Shown: piece after piece, positions 32,062 through 40,986 of the stretch
Position numbering within the stretch: position 1 is the stretch's first letter
Layout: the number at the start of each line of letters is the position of its first letter
Source of the DNA: Verrucomicrobiota bacterium
Lineage (GTDB): Bacteria; Verrucomicrobiota; Verrucomicrobiia; Limisphaerales; CANJSG01
DNA length: 64,000 nt
Direction of reading: 5' to 3'
NCBI GenBank assembly: GCA_043744715.1
Contig: JAYTUE010000214.1
Location: forward strand, 41,332-105,331
Made by a program: the position numbers and the translations under genes
The notes under the pieces: generated by a model
The model's database searches: none
What the model was told of the DNA's origin: nothing
Seen by the model: only the letters and a program-made list of their open reading frames with translations

Positions 32062-33338
32062 GGCGTTCCCTGATCTGCCTGCTCGCCTTCGCCTTCGCGG
32101 CTTCCTCGCACGCCGACTCGCTCCTTCTCCGCGGCGCCACCGTCCACACCGTCTCCGGCGCGACGCTGCCGTCCGCCGATGTGCTGGTGAAGGATGGCAA
32201 GATCGCCGCCATCGCGGCGTCGATCACCGAGAAAACCGACCGCACCAACGACCTCTCCGGCCTGCATCTCTTTCCCGGATTGATCAGCCCTTCGACCGAG
32301 CTGGGCCTTGTCGAAATCCCGTCGGTCCGCGCCTCTTTAGATCGCCGTGAGGTCGGCGACTTCAACCCGGATGTCGAATCGTGGAAGGCGGTGAACCCGG
32401 ACTCCGAACTCATCCCCGTCGCCCGCGCCAACGGCATCACCCACTTCATTCCCGTGCCGCAGGGCTCCATTCTCAGCGGCGTCTCTTCCGTGGTGGCCAC
32501 GGGCGGTTGGACGGTCGAGGACATGGCCGTCCGCAAACGCGCCGCCTACCATCTCGATTGGCCGACGATGTCCCTGGCGACACCCGGACGCCGGGGCGGG
32601 GGCGACGGCGCGTCGATCGAGGAGCAGTCGAAAGCCCGGCGCGAAAAGGTTCAGGCCATCGAGAACTGGTTCAACGACGTCGACGCCTACTCGAAGGGCC
32701 GTGCGGCCGGTTCTCAAGTTGTCCCCGCCTACGAGGCCGCCTTGCCGCTGCTGCGCGGCGAGCTGCCGTTGATCATCGGCGCGGATGATCTGCGCGAGAT
32801 CAAGTCGGCCCTCGCCTGGGCTGAGAAGCGGAAGCTCAAGATCGTCATCCTCGGGGGGCGCGACGCGGGCTTGGTCGCCGGGCAGTTGGCCAGGCAGAAG
32901 GTTCCCGTCATCTACAACCACGTCTTCCCGCTCCCCACGCGCGACAGCGACGGCTACGACGCGAACTTCAGCACTCCGGGCATCCTCCACAAAGCGGGCG
33001 TCACCGTCGCGCTGACCGACAGCCTCGGACGATTCACCTCCAGCAACGCGCGCAACCTCCCCTACGCCGCCGCACAGGCGATGGCTTTCGGCCTTCCCGC
33101 CGATGCGGCGATCAAGGCGATCACGCTCGTGCCCGCGCAGATCTACGGCGTCGCGGACAAGCTCGGCAGCATCGAGGTCGGCAAGGACGCGTCGCTCTTC
33201 GCCGCCACCGGCGACATCCTCGACATTCGTTCGCAGGTGAAACACCTCTGGATCGCGGGCGAGGAGCAGTCGCTCAAGAACCGGAACACGCAGCTCTACG
33301 ACAAGTTCCGCAACCGCCCCCGCACCGATAAAAAGTGA
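32049..33338 (+). CDS. Secreted amidohydrolase-family protein with a degenerate metal motif
   Basis: The last 429 aa of ORF 30939..33338. The upstream part of that ORF is repeat DNA and overlaps the previous gene. MLDVGRSLICLLAFAFAASSHA is a plausible signal peptide. LLLRGATVHTVSG...VLVKDGKIAAI...LFPGLISPSTELG is amidohydrolase-like but lacks HxH. Confidence 0.65.
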   Translation: MLDVGRSLICLLAFAFAASSHADSLLLRGATVHTVSGATLPSADVLVKDGKIAAIAASITEKTDRTNDLSGLHLFPGLISPSTELGLVEIPSVRASLDRREVGDFNPDVESWKAVNPDSELIPVARANGITHFIPVPQGSILSGVSSVVATGGWTVEDMAVRKRAAYHLDWPTMSLATPGRRGGGDGASIEEQSKARREKVQAIENWFNDVDAYSKGRAAGSQVVPAYEAALPLLRGELPLIIGADDLREIKSALAWAEKRKLKIVILGGRDAGLVAGQLARQKVPVIYNHVFPLPTRDSDGYDANFSTPGILHKAGVTVALTDSLGRFTSSNARNLPYAAAQAMAFGLPADAAIKAITLVPAQIYGVADKLGSIEVGKDASLFAATGDILDIRSQVKHLWIAGEEQSLKNRNTQLYDKFRNRPRTDKK

Positions 33339-33523
33339 CGGGAGCGCGATGGACTTCCCCCCGTGGCTGCATGGTTTTGGCGCAGACGCCGGAACCGGCC
33401 GGCCAGTTTATCCCAAACTCCGAAGTTGGAATCAGCGGATGAGAACGGACCGGGACGCGTGCGCTCCCATTTCTGTTTCGGAGTTCGGGATGAACAGCCG
33501 GCTCCGCTGGAGCCGTTCCCGCC

Positions 33524-36055
33524 TCAATGTCTCCGGAAGTTCAGCTTGTGGTCCATGCGGCGGGTCTGGCTGAACTCAAGCTTCGGCAGGTCGGTCAAGG
33601 TGGGGGATTCAGTTTCGTTCAGGATGGTTTTCGCCAAGGCCTTCAACTCGTTCCAGCGCGGCCATTCGAGCGCGGGGGAATGCACGACCTGCCGGAGCGT
33701 GCTGCGCCATTCGATGATCACGCGGTCGATGTCGCCGGGGCCGGTCCACTCGGTCACGAAGGCGTGCTTGGCCTCGGGGTTGCGATGGACGCTGCGGACC
33801 ACTTCCTCCGCGCCGAAGCCGTAGCTGGGCGGAATGCCGTCCTCCAGATAGCCGGGGATGGATTGGCTGCCGAAGAGCCTCCGGCAGGCGTAGGCCAGCC
33901 GTCCGTCGAAGCGCGCTTCGCCGCCGCTGAAGCGGAAGCCGGCGTCGAGGTTGGCGAGGTCATAGACGAGTTCCTCCAGCGGATATTCCTCGTCCTCCAA
34001 CGCCGCCGCCAGCGCAAGGCCGTCGCCCTGGTGGAAGAAGCTGACGACTTGGCCGCGTCGCGTCGGAACACCGCCTGCATTGACGAGACCGAGCCGTCGC
34101 CAGAGCAGCGCGACGCCGCTGGCGGCGGGAAGGCCCATGCAGGTATCGACAAGGGAACAGCGGGCGCAGTTGGCGGAAACGGTTTCCCGCTCGGGCGGGC
34201 GCCACAGGGCAACGCCGTGCCGGTCGATGGCGACCCGGAGCGGGAGCCCGCCGACGTCGAGATGGACCATGAGGCGCATCTCCTCCTCGACGACCCGCAC
34301 GACGGGCGTGTGCTGCGCGGCGAGATGGGCCTGAAGCGCGGGCAGGACGGTTTGCTCCCAATCCTTCTGCTCCAGCTCGCGGCGCTGCCAGTTGGTTGCC
34401 CGGCGAACCCACTTGGCCAGCACGAGATGGCCATCGGCCAGACGATCCGCCACCGTGCTGGAGCGTCCGAAGAGCGGCCGGCCATCGGCTTCACTCACCA
34501 CGACCATCAAACCCTGGCCGATCTTCTCCAATGCCTTGGCCGACGTGAGCGCGGGGATCAAGACCGGGGCGGTTTCGCCGGATGGAGGCGCGTCTTCTTG
34601 GATCAGTTTCACATCCTTCACCGGCACCGGCTTCATCTGGCCGAGGCGTTCCCATTCGCCGCGGCTGTTGAGGATCTCGCGGACGTGGGTGCGGACGTAG
34701 CGGGCGCGTTCGGCGTCGGTCTGGAGGCCGCAGGGAACATCCGGATGCTTCAACGACTCCTCGACTCCGAGGATGATCGGCCTGGTCGTGTAGAGTCGCT
34801 GCTGGACTCGCACGGCTTCCTCGAAGGGACGCCGCCCCTGGATCGACGCGGCGTGCATGAGGCCGAGCAGCGCGTTCCAGTCGATCATGCCGTTGCGCGA
34901 CAGCCACGCGGGCCGGCCGTCGGCCAGGCGCAGGCCGTTCTGCGAGACGAGCACGTAGCCGCATTCGTCCAATCCACGTCGCCCCGCACGCCCGAACATC
35001 TGGAGGATCTCGTCAGCCTTGATGGCGTGCTCGACGTTGTCGCGCCGGTAGGAATCGCCCGCGAGCACGACGCTGCGGAGGGAGAAATTGATTCCAGCCG
35101 CGAGGCCCATCGTCGCGACGACGACCCGGAGCTGACCGGCCTTGGCCAACGGCTCGATCACGCCGGCGCGCGTCGTGTAGCTCAGGCCGCTGTGGTGGTA
35201 GGTCACGCGCGACTTGAGCATCCGGGCCATCTTCTCGCCGACGACCTGCTTCTGCTCGTCCGTGAGCTGGAGCGGATTCGGGTTTGGCAGATAACGCTCG
35301 AGTTCGGCCGCGAGCGCTTCGGTGGCTCGGCGCTGCGGGGCGAAGACGAGGACTGGCCCCAGGTTTTCGGCGAGGGCCTTGGCCACGAAGCGCGGCCAGT
35401 AGCCCTTGATCTCGGACGGGACGAAGTAGTTCAGGCTGTTGCCATCGATCTCCTCCAGCGGCACGGGCCGCTCCTCATGGCGGACGAGCACGGCGCGCCG
35501 GCCGAGGCGTGTGAGCCACTTCACGATGTGATCGGGATTGGCCACGCTGCCGCTGAGCAGGAGCAGCTGCGTCTGCGGCGGCGCGAGCGCGATGGCCAGC
35601 TCGTAGTTCAGGCCACGGTCGGCATCGCCGATCATCTGATACTCGTCGACCACGAGCAGAGTCGGTCCGTCGCCGCGGATGAGCCGGTTCTTCTGCGTCT
35701 CCAACGTGGCGACGATGACGGGGGCTTCGAGATTCTCGGCGAGGTCGCCCGTGGCGATCCCGACGTTCCAACCGCGCGCGCGCCACTCGGCGAGCTTGTC
35801 ATTGGCCAACGCGCGCGTGGGGACGGTGTAGATGGCCTGGCCACGGTTCTTGCCGTTGTTCGACCACAGTTCGAAAACGAGCGTCTTACCGGCACCGGTT
35901 GGCGCATGGACGACGACATCCTGTCCGTCGCGCAACGCGGCGACGGCCTGCTGCTGCCAGGGGTCCGGCACGGCCACCTGGTTCAACGACGCGGCCGAAG
36001 GATCACCAAGATGACTGTGGTGGACGCGCTCAAAGCTGTCTCCGACGGTGTTCAT
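33524..36055 (-). CDS. Superfamily 2 DEAD/DEAH-box helicase (Ski2/HelY-like) with a ~400-aa C-terminal extension
   Basis: 843 aa. Motif I HAPTGAGKT, motif II VVDEYQ, motif III LSGS, motif VI QMFGRAGRRG. Confidence 0.8.
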   Translation of the reverse strand: MNTVGDSFERVHHSHLGDPSAASLNQVAVPDPWQQQAVAALRDGQDVVVHAPTGAGKTLVFELWSNNGKNRGQAIYTVPTRALANDKLAEWRARGWNVGIATGDLAENLEAPVIVATLETQKNRLIRGDGPTLLVVDEYQMIGDADRGLNYELAIALAPPQTQLLLLSGSVANPDHIVKWLTRLGRRAVLVRHEERPVPLEEIDGNSLNYFVPSEIKGYWPRFVAKALAENLGPVLVFAPQRRATEALAAELERYLPNPNPLQLTDEQKQVVGEKMARMLKSRVTYHHSGLSYTTRAGVIEPLAKAGQLRVVVATMGLAAGINFSLRSVVLAGDSYRRDNVEHAIKADEILQMFGRAGRRGLDECGYVLVSQNGLRLADGRPAWLSRNGMIDWNALLGLMHAASIQGRRPFEEAVRVQQRLYTTRPIILGVEESLKHPDVPCGLQTDAERARYVRTHVREILNSRGEWERLGQMKPVPVKDVKLIQEDAPPSGETAPVLIPALTSAKALEKIGQGLMVVVSEADGRPLFGRSSTVADRLADGHLVLAKWVRRATNWQRRELEQKDWEQTVLPALQAHLAAQHTPVVRVVEEEMRLMVHLDVGGLPLRVAIDRHGVALWRPPERETVSANCARCSLVDTCMGLPAASGVALLWRRLGLVNAGGVPTRRGQVVSFFHQGDGLALAAALEDEEYPLEELVYDLANLDAGFRFSGGEARFDGRLAYACRRLFGSQSIPGYLEDGIPPSYGFGAEEVVRSVHRNPEAKHAFVTEWTGPGDIDRVIIEWRSTLRQVVHSPALEWPRWNELKALAKTILNETESPTLTDLPKLEFSQTRRMDHKLNFRRH

Positions 36056-36134
36056 GGAAAGACGACGCGCCAGCGCCGTTGATCGGGGAAAGGTGGCTGA
36101 CGAAACGGGAACCGCCAGTTCTTGGGATGCGAAA

Positions 36135-36413
36135 CTATTTCCGGCCGTGGACGCGCTCCTTCTTCTCCTCCCACTCGGTCTGCAGAGCCTTGCGTTCGCG
36201 AGCCAGCTCGGCCTCGAGTTCCTGCTGCTTCTCGAAGTCGCCGGCCATCGCCGCCTCGCCGATCTTTCCCTTCAGCATGATCTCACGTTCGGCGATCTTG
36301 GCGGCGTATTTGGAATCCAGGTCGGCGATCTCGGCCTTCTGCCGTTCGGTGAGCTTGGCCATGGGCTGGGACTTGTTCAGCCGTTCCATCGCGAGTTCGT
36401 AGGCGGACTTCAT
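36135..36413 (-). CDS. Small coiled-coil hypothetical protein
   Basis: 92 aa, highly charged (MKSAYELAMERLNK...EAELARERKALQTEWEEKKER). It lies 79 nt upstream of the helicase on the same strand. Confidence 0.5.
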   Translation of the reverse strand: MKSAYELAMERLNKSQPMAKLTERQKAEIADLDSKYAAKIAEREIMLKGKIGEAAMAGDFEKQQELEAELARERKALQTEWEEKKERVHGRK

Positions 36414-36470
36414 GCGGCAACCATGGGCCCGATGCGGCCAAGTTCAAGGGATGGGTTTGCGGGGGCGACG

Positions 36471-36556
36471 CTTCGATGTTCGGTGTTCTGAACATCCAAC
36501 ATCGAACATCCAACATCGAACATCCAACATCGAACATCGAACACTGGACGTCGAAG
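36471..36556. repeat. Heptanucleotide array (SAACATC x ~7.7) with flanking inverted arms
   Basis: 36490-36543 reads GAACATC CAACATC repeated. The left flank CTTCGATGTTCGGTGTTC can pair with the first units. The outer pair is CTTCGA/TCGAAG. It is the complement of the GATGTTS array at 32034. Confidence 0.9.
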
Positions 36557-36600
36557 AAGCCGGCTTCCTGGTTCCGGTTCCTCTCGTCAGTCTTCCAGCC

Positions 36601-37371
36601 ATGTCGATCGGCAAGTCCTGCGAAGTGTTGTTCAGCCCGGCGGAGTTCATGGCGCTGCAGAAGCGTGATCTCTCGCAGGCCGTCTGCGTCGTGTTCGACA
36701 TCCTCCGCGCCACGACCTCCATGACCATGGCCCTGGCCTATGGCGCCGAAGCCGTCCTGCCGGTGAACGACATTCCGGACGCGCTGGCGTTGCGCGCGAA
36801 GTTTCCCGAGGCGCTGCTGGCGGGCGAACGCCACGGGCTCCGCATCGGTGCGGAGCTGACCGGAGGCGTGGAGTTTGATCTGGGCAATTCACCGCGCGAG
36901 TTCACCCGCGAGAAGGTCGCCGGACGCACCCTGATCATGACCACGACCAACGGCACCCGGGCGCTGCGGGCGTGTGCCGGAGCGAAGCAGGTGTTCATCG
37001 GTTCCTTTCCCAATCTCACCGCCACCGCGAACGCCGTTCTCGCGAGCGAGCCCAAGCAGCTCTTCCTCGTCTGCGCCGGCACCTACGAGGAGGCCGCCTA
37101 CGAGGACACGCTCGCCGCCGGCGCGATGGCGGAGTTGGTCGAAGGATTTTTTGGCGAGGCCAACACGGCCGATTCCGTCGCGATCGCGCGGACCATCTGG
37201 CTCGGGGCGCAGGCCGATCTCGCCGGGGCCATCCGTCATTCGCGCAACGGCCGCAGGCTCTTGGCGCATCCGAAGTTTCAAGGCGACGTCGCGGCCTGCC
37301 TCCAACGCGACACGGCGCCGATCGTGGCCACGATGAGCGACGGGGCCGTCGGCAGAAAGATAGGCACCTGA
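36601..37371 (+). CDS. comB: 2-phosphosulfolactate phosphatase family protein
   Basis: ORF 36412..37371; start taken at MSIGKSCEVLFSP. Motifs VVFDILRATTSMTMALAYGA, GERHG, FDLGNSPREF, IMTTTNGTRAL. Confidence 0.75.
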   Translation: MSIGKSCEVLFSPAEFMALQKRDLSQAVCVVFDILRATTSMTMALAYGAEAVLPVNDIPDALALRAKFPEALLAGERHGLRIGAELTGGVEFDLGNSPREFTREKVAGRTLIMTTTNGTRALRACAGAKQVFIGSFPNLTATANAVLASEPKQLFLVCAGTYEEAAYEDTLAAGAMAELVEGFFGEANTADSVAIARTIWLGAQADLAGAIRHSRNGRRLLAHPKFQGDVAACLQRDTAPIVATMSDGAVGRKIGT

Positions 37372-37384
37372 TCTGAAGTGAAAT

Positions 37385-37569
37385 CGTGGAAACGCAGCCA
37401 CGAAACGGCGTCGGCAAGGTAGGGCAGTGCTTCCAGCCTGCCCAAGGAAGTCTCAGAGCGAACACCAAACAACGTGAGTTTCTCACGCAATGGCTTCGTG
37501 GGTAAACCCCGGTCTTCACGGGGCAGGCTGGAAGCCCGCCCTACCTTCAGCTGCATGGTTCTGGCTGAG
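37385..37569. repeat. MITE-like repeat, family A, copy 3
   Basis: GGTAGGGCAGTGCTTCCAGCCTGCCC ... GGGGCAGGCTGGAAGCCCGCCCTACCTTCAGCTGCATGG. The left end abuts the comB stop. Confidence 0.65.
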
Positions 37570-37604
37570 GTCGCCAAGGTCTTGATCCAAAGCGCGCGCA
37601 TGGC

Positions 37605-37630
37605 GGGCAGGCAAGATGCACCGCCCTACC
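37605..37630. repeat. Solo family-A terminus
   Basis: GGGCAGGCAAGATGCACCGCCCTACC is the reverse complement of the left subterminal block seen in copy 2. Confidence 0.6.
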
Positions 37631-37643
37631 TTGATTGGGCCAA

Positions 37644-37682
37644 CCAACAAAAAGCCCCGGACGGCGCGTCCCGTCCGGGGCT
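37644..37682 (-). terminator. Rho-independent terminator of the surface-protein gene
   Basis: AGCCCCGGACGG-cgcgtc-CCGTCCGGGGCT is a perfect 12-bp stem, followed on the minus strand by TTTTGTTGG. It lies 26 nt after the stop. Confidence 0.7.
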
Positions 37683-37707
37683 GCGGATGAATTGGAGCTT
37701 CAGGCGG

Positions 37708-40029
37708 TCAGGGCACCGGCTGGACCGTGTAGAAGCCGGTCGGATTACTCACCGACGTGTCGATGAAGCTCGTCTGGACCGTGGTCGCCGTCACCTGCCC
37801 GACTTCCACGCCGGTCAAGGCGTTGGCGTTGTCGCGGCGCAGGATCTTGTAGGTCGTGCCGGGGATGGAGACGAAGGTGATGCGCGGGATCGCCTGGATG
37901 CCGACCGTGAAGCCGGACAGCGGATTCAGCGGATCGGTTCCGGCCAGATACTCCTGCAGGTTGGAACTGCCGTCGCCGTCCGCATCCGTTCCGGCCCCGA
38001 CTCGGGGATCGGTCAAGTAGCCCGCGCCGAAATACTGCAGCCTCCAGCTGTTGGGCACTCCGTCGGCCAGCGCGTAGACGCGGCCGTAGTCGCCGAGTGC
38101 AACGAGGGAAACCGGCGATCCGTTGAGGAACACGCCTGCCCGGATCGTCGCGTTGCTGGTGATGGTGAACGCGCCGCTGTAGAGCGTGGAACCAATCGTC
38201 GGATTCCCGCCGTTGATCGTGAACCGGACTTCGCCGACTCCCACGATGTTGGTCAGGCGGACCGTGAGCTGGTTGGTGAACAGGCCGGGGACGGGACCGA
38301 ACTTGACCCCATCCGCCAGCACCTGGGTGAAGGCACCGGTGGAAACGGTCGAGATCGGGAAGCCGTTGAGGAACAGACCGGCCCGGAAGGTGGTGCTGCC
38401 CGTCAGCGTCAGCGGCGTCGAGTAAAGGGTCGAACTTGCCGTGGGATCAGAGCCGTTGACCGTGTAGCGGATCTGGCCGGAGCCGACGAGATTGACCAAC
38501 GAAACCGTCGTCGTGTTCGTGAAGGATCCCGGGAGGGGATTGAATTGAACGTCGCTGGCCTTCGTGTAGGTGTTGCTGAAGACGGCGGAGACGGGGGAAC
38601 CATTCACGAACAGGCGCGCCCGGATAGTCGAGTTGCTCGTGATGGTGAACGAGCTGGAGTAGAGCAACGATCCTGCGGATGGATCGACGTCATTGATCGT
38701 AAACCGGATCTCGCTGCCAGCTCCCACGTTGTTGACCATCGAGACGGCCAGCTGGTTGGTGAAACCTGACGGGGAAGCGGGCGAGAACACGATGTCGGGA
38801 GGCGGAATCACGACTCCGCCCAATAGCTCGATCAAAAGATCTGAATTGAGGTAGGACGCGGAGTTGTTGTTATCAGCGCCGCGACCAGACGCGATTTCCA
38901 CAGTGTCTCCAGCAGTCAATGCCAACTGGTTCGTGTAACCGAACGTCGCAGTTCCGGAAAGAAAAGCTCCCTTGAGCAAAACCCCGTTCACGAGGACGTG
39001 GAAGTCTGTATCCCCCTGGCCCGACGGGAACGAGGGGCTGGCCCAAGCCGAAACCCGATAGTTGCCACTTGATTGGATCGTGTAGCGGGCCACGGCGTAG
39101 TTGTCCGGGTTACCAGCAGGTCCAGGATTGAGCGTGACTCCTCCTACCGGGATGACTGCCCCCGATGAGTAGGGATCGGGACCCACATTGATTCGGGCCA
39201 AAGACTCAAGATTCTGGATCCTCATCCATCCCAGGAAAAGCGAGTTCCCCCCGGCTGCGCTGTATCTTTCTGTGTAGGGGATCAAGGAACCATTGGTCGC
39301 GCCCTTGTAACCGAGGGTCCAGTTGTTCGAAGGGTTGGCCGAAATTGGGAATTGTTTTGAGAGCTGGTAGGACGGTCCCCCAAGGGAGTTCAGGGTGATT
39401 ATAGCGCCAATCTTTAGTCCAGATCCGAAGAGGCTATTGTCGAGACCGCGGCCAACCGCGAAATCGATTGTTCCGCCCGCCAAAAGATTCGTCGTGAATG
39501 AGTAGTTTGTCGCGACCGTTACGGGAAGGGCATTGGAGATATAGGCAGCCCCGTTTACCCGGATGTGGAAATCTGTGTCTCCGGAACTCGCCCCGTTTAG
39601 GTAATTGGTTACCCCGACGGTGATCGTGTAGGAGCCGTTCGTCGGAGCTATGAACCGAGCCGCACCGTAGTCGGCCGAACTATTGGGCTGGCCGCCGAAA
39701 AGCAGGACGGTGCCCGGAGGATAGACCCCCTGTCCGCCGTCGGAAGTTCCAGTGTTGAAATAGAACTTCACAATTTCCGGAAAAGAGTCTGGGCTACGAT
39801 TCCAGCGCATTTCCGCAGCGCCGTTTGGATAGTCTGTTCTTTGGGGGTTGGCCAAAGACGCGAACTTAGAAGTGATGTTGGTGAAGTAGCCGTATGACCA
39901 AACCCCTGTGGGATTCTGATTGGTCGAGTAGTCGGCTGATAGATTGTAGGTGGCGAGCTGAGCATTGACGCTCAACGTCGAAACAATCGCCGCGATGGCT
40001 GTGAAGATGATTCCCCTGAGTCTTTTCAT
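37708..40029 (-). CDS. Large secreted repeat-domain surface protein
   Basis: 773 aa, signal peptide, GGAG 9 nt before the ATG. Two ~190-aa N-terminal repeats share GDTDFH[IV].VNG and G.GxDN. Then come three ~80-aa chitobiase/hexosaminidase C-terminal-like repeats (FTN..TV.L.N.VG.G.IR[FY]T[IV]NG..P...S.LY). Then DADGDGSSNLQEYLAGTDPLNP and a terminal beta-rich domain. Confidence 0.7.
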   Translation of the reverse strand: MKRLRGIIFTAIAAIVSTLSVNAQLATYNLSADYSTNQNPTGVWSYGYFTNITSKFASLANPQRTDYPNGAAEMRWNRSPDSFPEIVKFYFNTGTSDGGQGVYPPGTVLLFGGQPNSSADYGAARFIAPTNGSYTITVGVTNYLNGASSGDTDFHIRVNGAAYISNALPVTVATNYSFTTNLLAGGTIDFAVGRGLDNSLFGSGLKIGAIITLNSLGGPSYQLSKQFPISANPSNNWTLGYKGATNGSLIPYTERYSAAGGNSLFLGWMRIQNLESLARINVGPDPYSSGAVIPVGGVTLNPGPAGNPDNYAVARYTIQSSGNYRVSAWASPSFPSGQGDTDFHVLVNGVLLKGAFLSGTATFGYTNQLALTAGDTVEIASGRGADNNNSASYLNSDLLIELLGGVVIPPPDIVFSPASPSGFTNQLAVSMVNNVGAGSEIRFTINDVDPSAGSLLYSSSFTITSNSTIRARLFVNGSPVSAVFSNTYTKASDVQFNPLPGSFTNTTTVSLVNLVGSGQIRYTVNGSDPTASSTLYSTPLTLTGSTTFRAGLFLNGFPISTVSTGAFTQVLADGVKFGPVPGLFTNQLTVRLTNIVGVGEVRFTINGGNPTIGSTLYSGAFTITSNATIRAGVFLNGSPVSLVALGDYGRVYALADGVPNSWRLQYFGAGYLTDPRVGAGTDADGDGSSNLQEYLAGTDPLNPLSGFTVGIQAIPRITFVSIPGTTYKILRRDNANALTGVEVGQVTATTVQTSFIDTSVSNPTGFYTVQPVP

Positions 40030-40161
40030 AAGTAGTTCTCCAATTGGCTAGTTGAAAATACACAAGGGCGGGAATGCGGGCAATGCCAATCTCTTTTCTT
40101 GGATAGAATTGTCAGAAGTTCACCCAGAACACCTGCTTCGCCTAAGAATCCGATGAGCCGT

Positions 40162-40986
40162 TCAGAATGCCGCGCCGATGCCGTCGCCTGGCCACCAATG
40201 CCGGTCTGGCTGATCCTGGAAATAGAGGAACTTGCGGCCGGTCTTCTCGGCGAATTCAGCCAGCTTGACGGACTGCTGCGAATTGTCGCTCAGGACGATG
40301 GAACCCGGGTGCAGGCAATGCTCGATGGCGAGGAACTCGGCCCACTCGTATTCCGGCCGATGGTCGCTGTCGTGGAGGAAGAGATCCACCGGTTGGCCGA
40401 ACTTCTTCAGCGTCTCCACGGAGTCGCCCAGCAGGATTTCGCCGACGTCGCGGTATTCCGGCAGGAACAGATGGCCGCAGTCCGGGATGATGTCGGTGGC
40501 GTAGACGCGTCCGGGCGAACCCTCGGCCGCGTTGCGCTTGAGCGCGGCGGCGATGACCACGGTTCCGAGGCCGCGGTCGACTCCGGTTTCGACAATGACC
40601 CTGGGCTTGAGCGCACGGATCAGGGCATACCAGCCGATGCGCCGGCCGTAGCGGGGTTCGGCATCGGAGTTGTGGCGGTCGGGTGAGGCCTGGGTGGCGG
40701 CCACCAGCTTGTCGCGCAGCACGCTGTCTTCTTCCAACTCCCGGCAATAGCGCTCGATCTCGGGCCAGGGTTTCCCGGCGACCACGGCGGTGAACTCGGC
40801 CAGATACCGGCGGTTCAGCGGCGTGAGGTGGTAGGTGTGGTTGTAATACTCCTTCGACGTGAAGGCCCATGAGGTCATCCGTCCGGCCTGCTTCAGGGCC
40901 TGGAGCCAGGCCCAGCCGAGCCTGTATGGAATCAGGGCCAGCCGACCGGCGGCGGTGTGGCGAACAAAGCTGCGGAGGGAACTCAT
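40162..40986 (-). CDS. Class I SAM-dependent methyltransferase (Methyltransf_24/CmcI-like)
   Basis: ORF 40162..41097; start taken at MSSLRSFVRH, a 4-nt overlap with the upstream gene. Motifs VIVETGVDRGLGT, VYATDI, LFLHDSDH. Confidence 0.65.
   Translation of the reverse strand: MSSLRSFVRHTAAGRLALIPYRLGWAWLQALKQAGRMTSWAFTSKEYYNHTYHLTPLNRRYLAEFTAVVAGKPWPEIERYCRELEEDSVLRDKLVAATQASPDRHNSDAEPRYGRRIGWYALIRALKPRVIVETGVDRGLGTVVIAAALKRNAAEGSPGRVYATDIIPDCGHLFLPEYRDVGEILLGDSVETLKKFGQPVDLFLHDSDHRPEYEWAEFLAIEHCLHPGSIVLSDNSQQSVKLAEFAEKTGRKFLYFQDQPDRHWWPGDGIGAAF

Noticed and set aside
33524-36055. The helicase plus its upstream small coiled-coil gene as a defence-system candidate.
   Set aside because: There is no nuclease, methylase, ATPase partner or other defence-associated domain nearby. 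The helicase looks like a housekeeping Ski2/HelY-type enzyme. The C-terminal C-x2-C-x5-C is too weak to interpret.
36490-36543. Possible CRISPR array (regular short repeats at 36.5 kb and 32.0 kb).
   Set aside because: The unit is 7 nt with no spacers and there are no cas genes. These are simple tandem heptamers.
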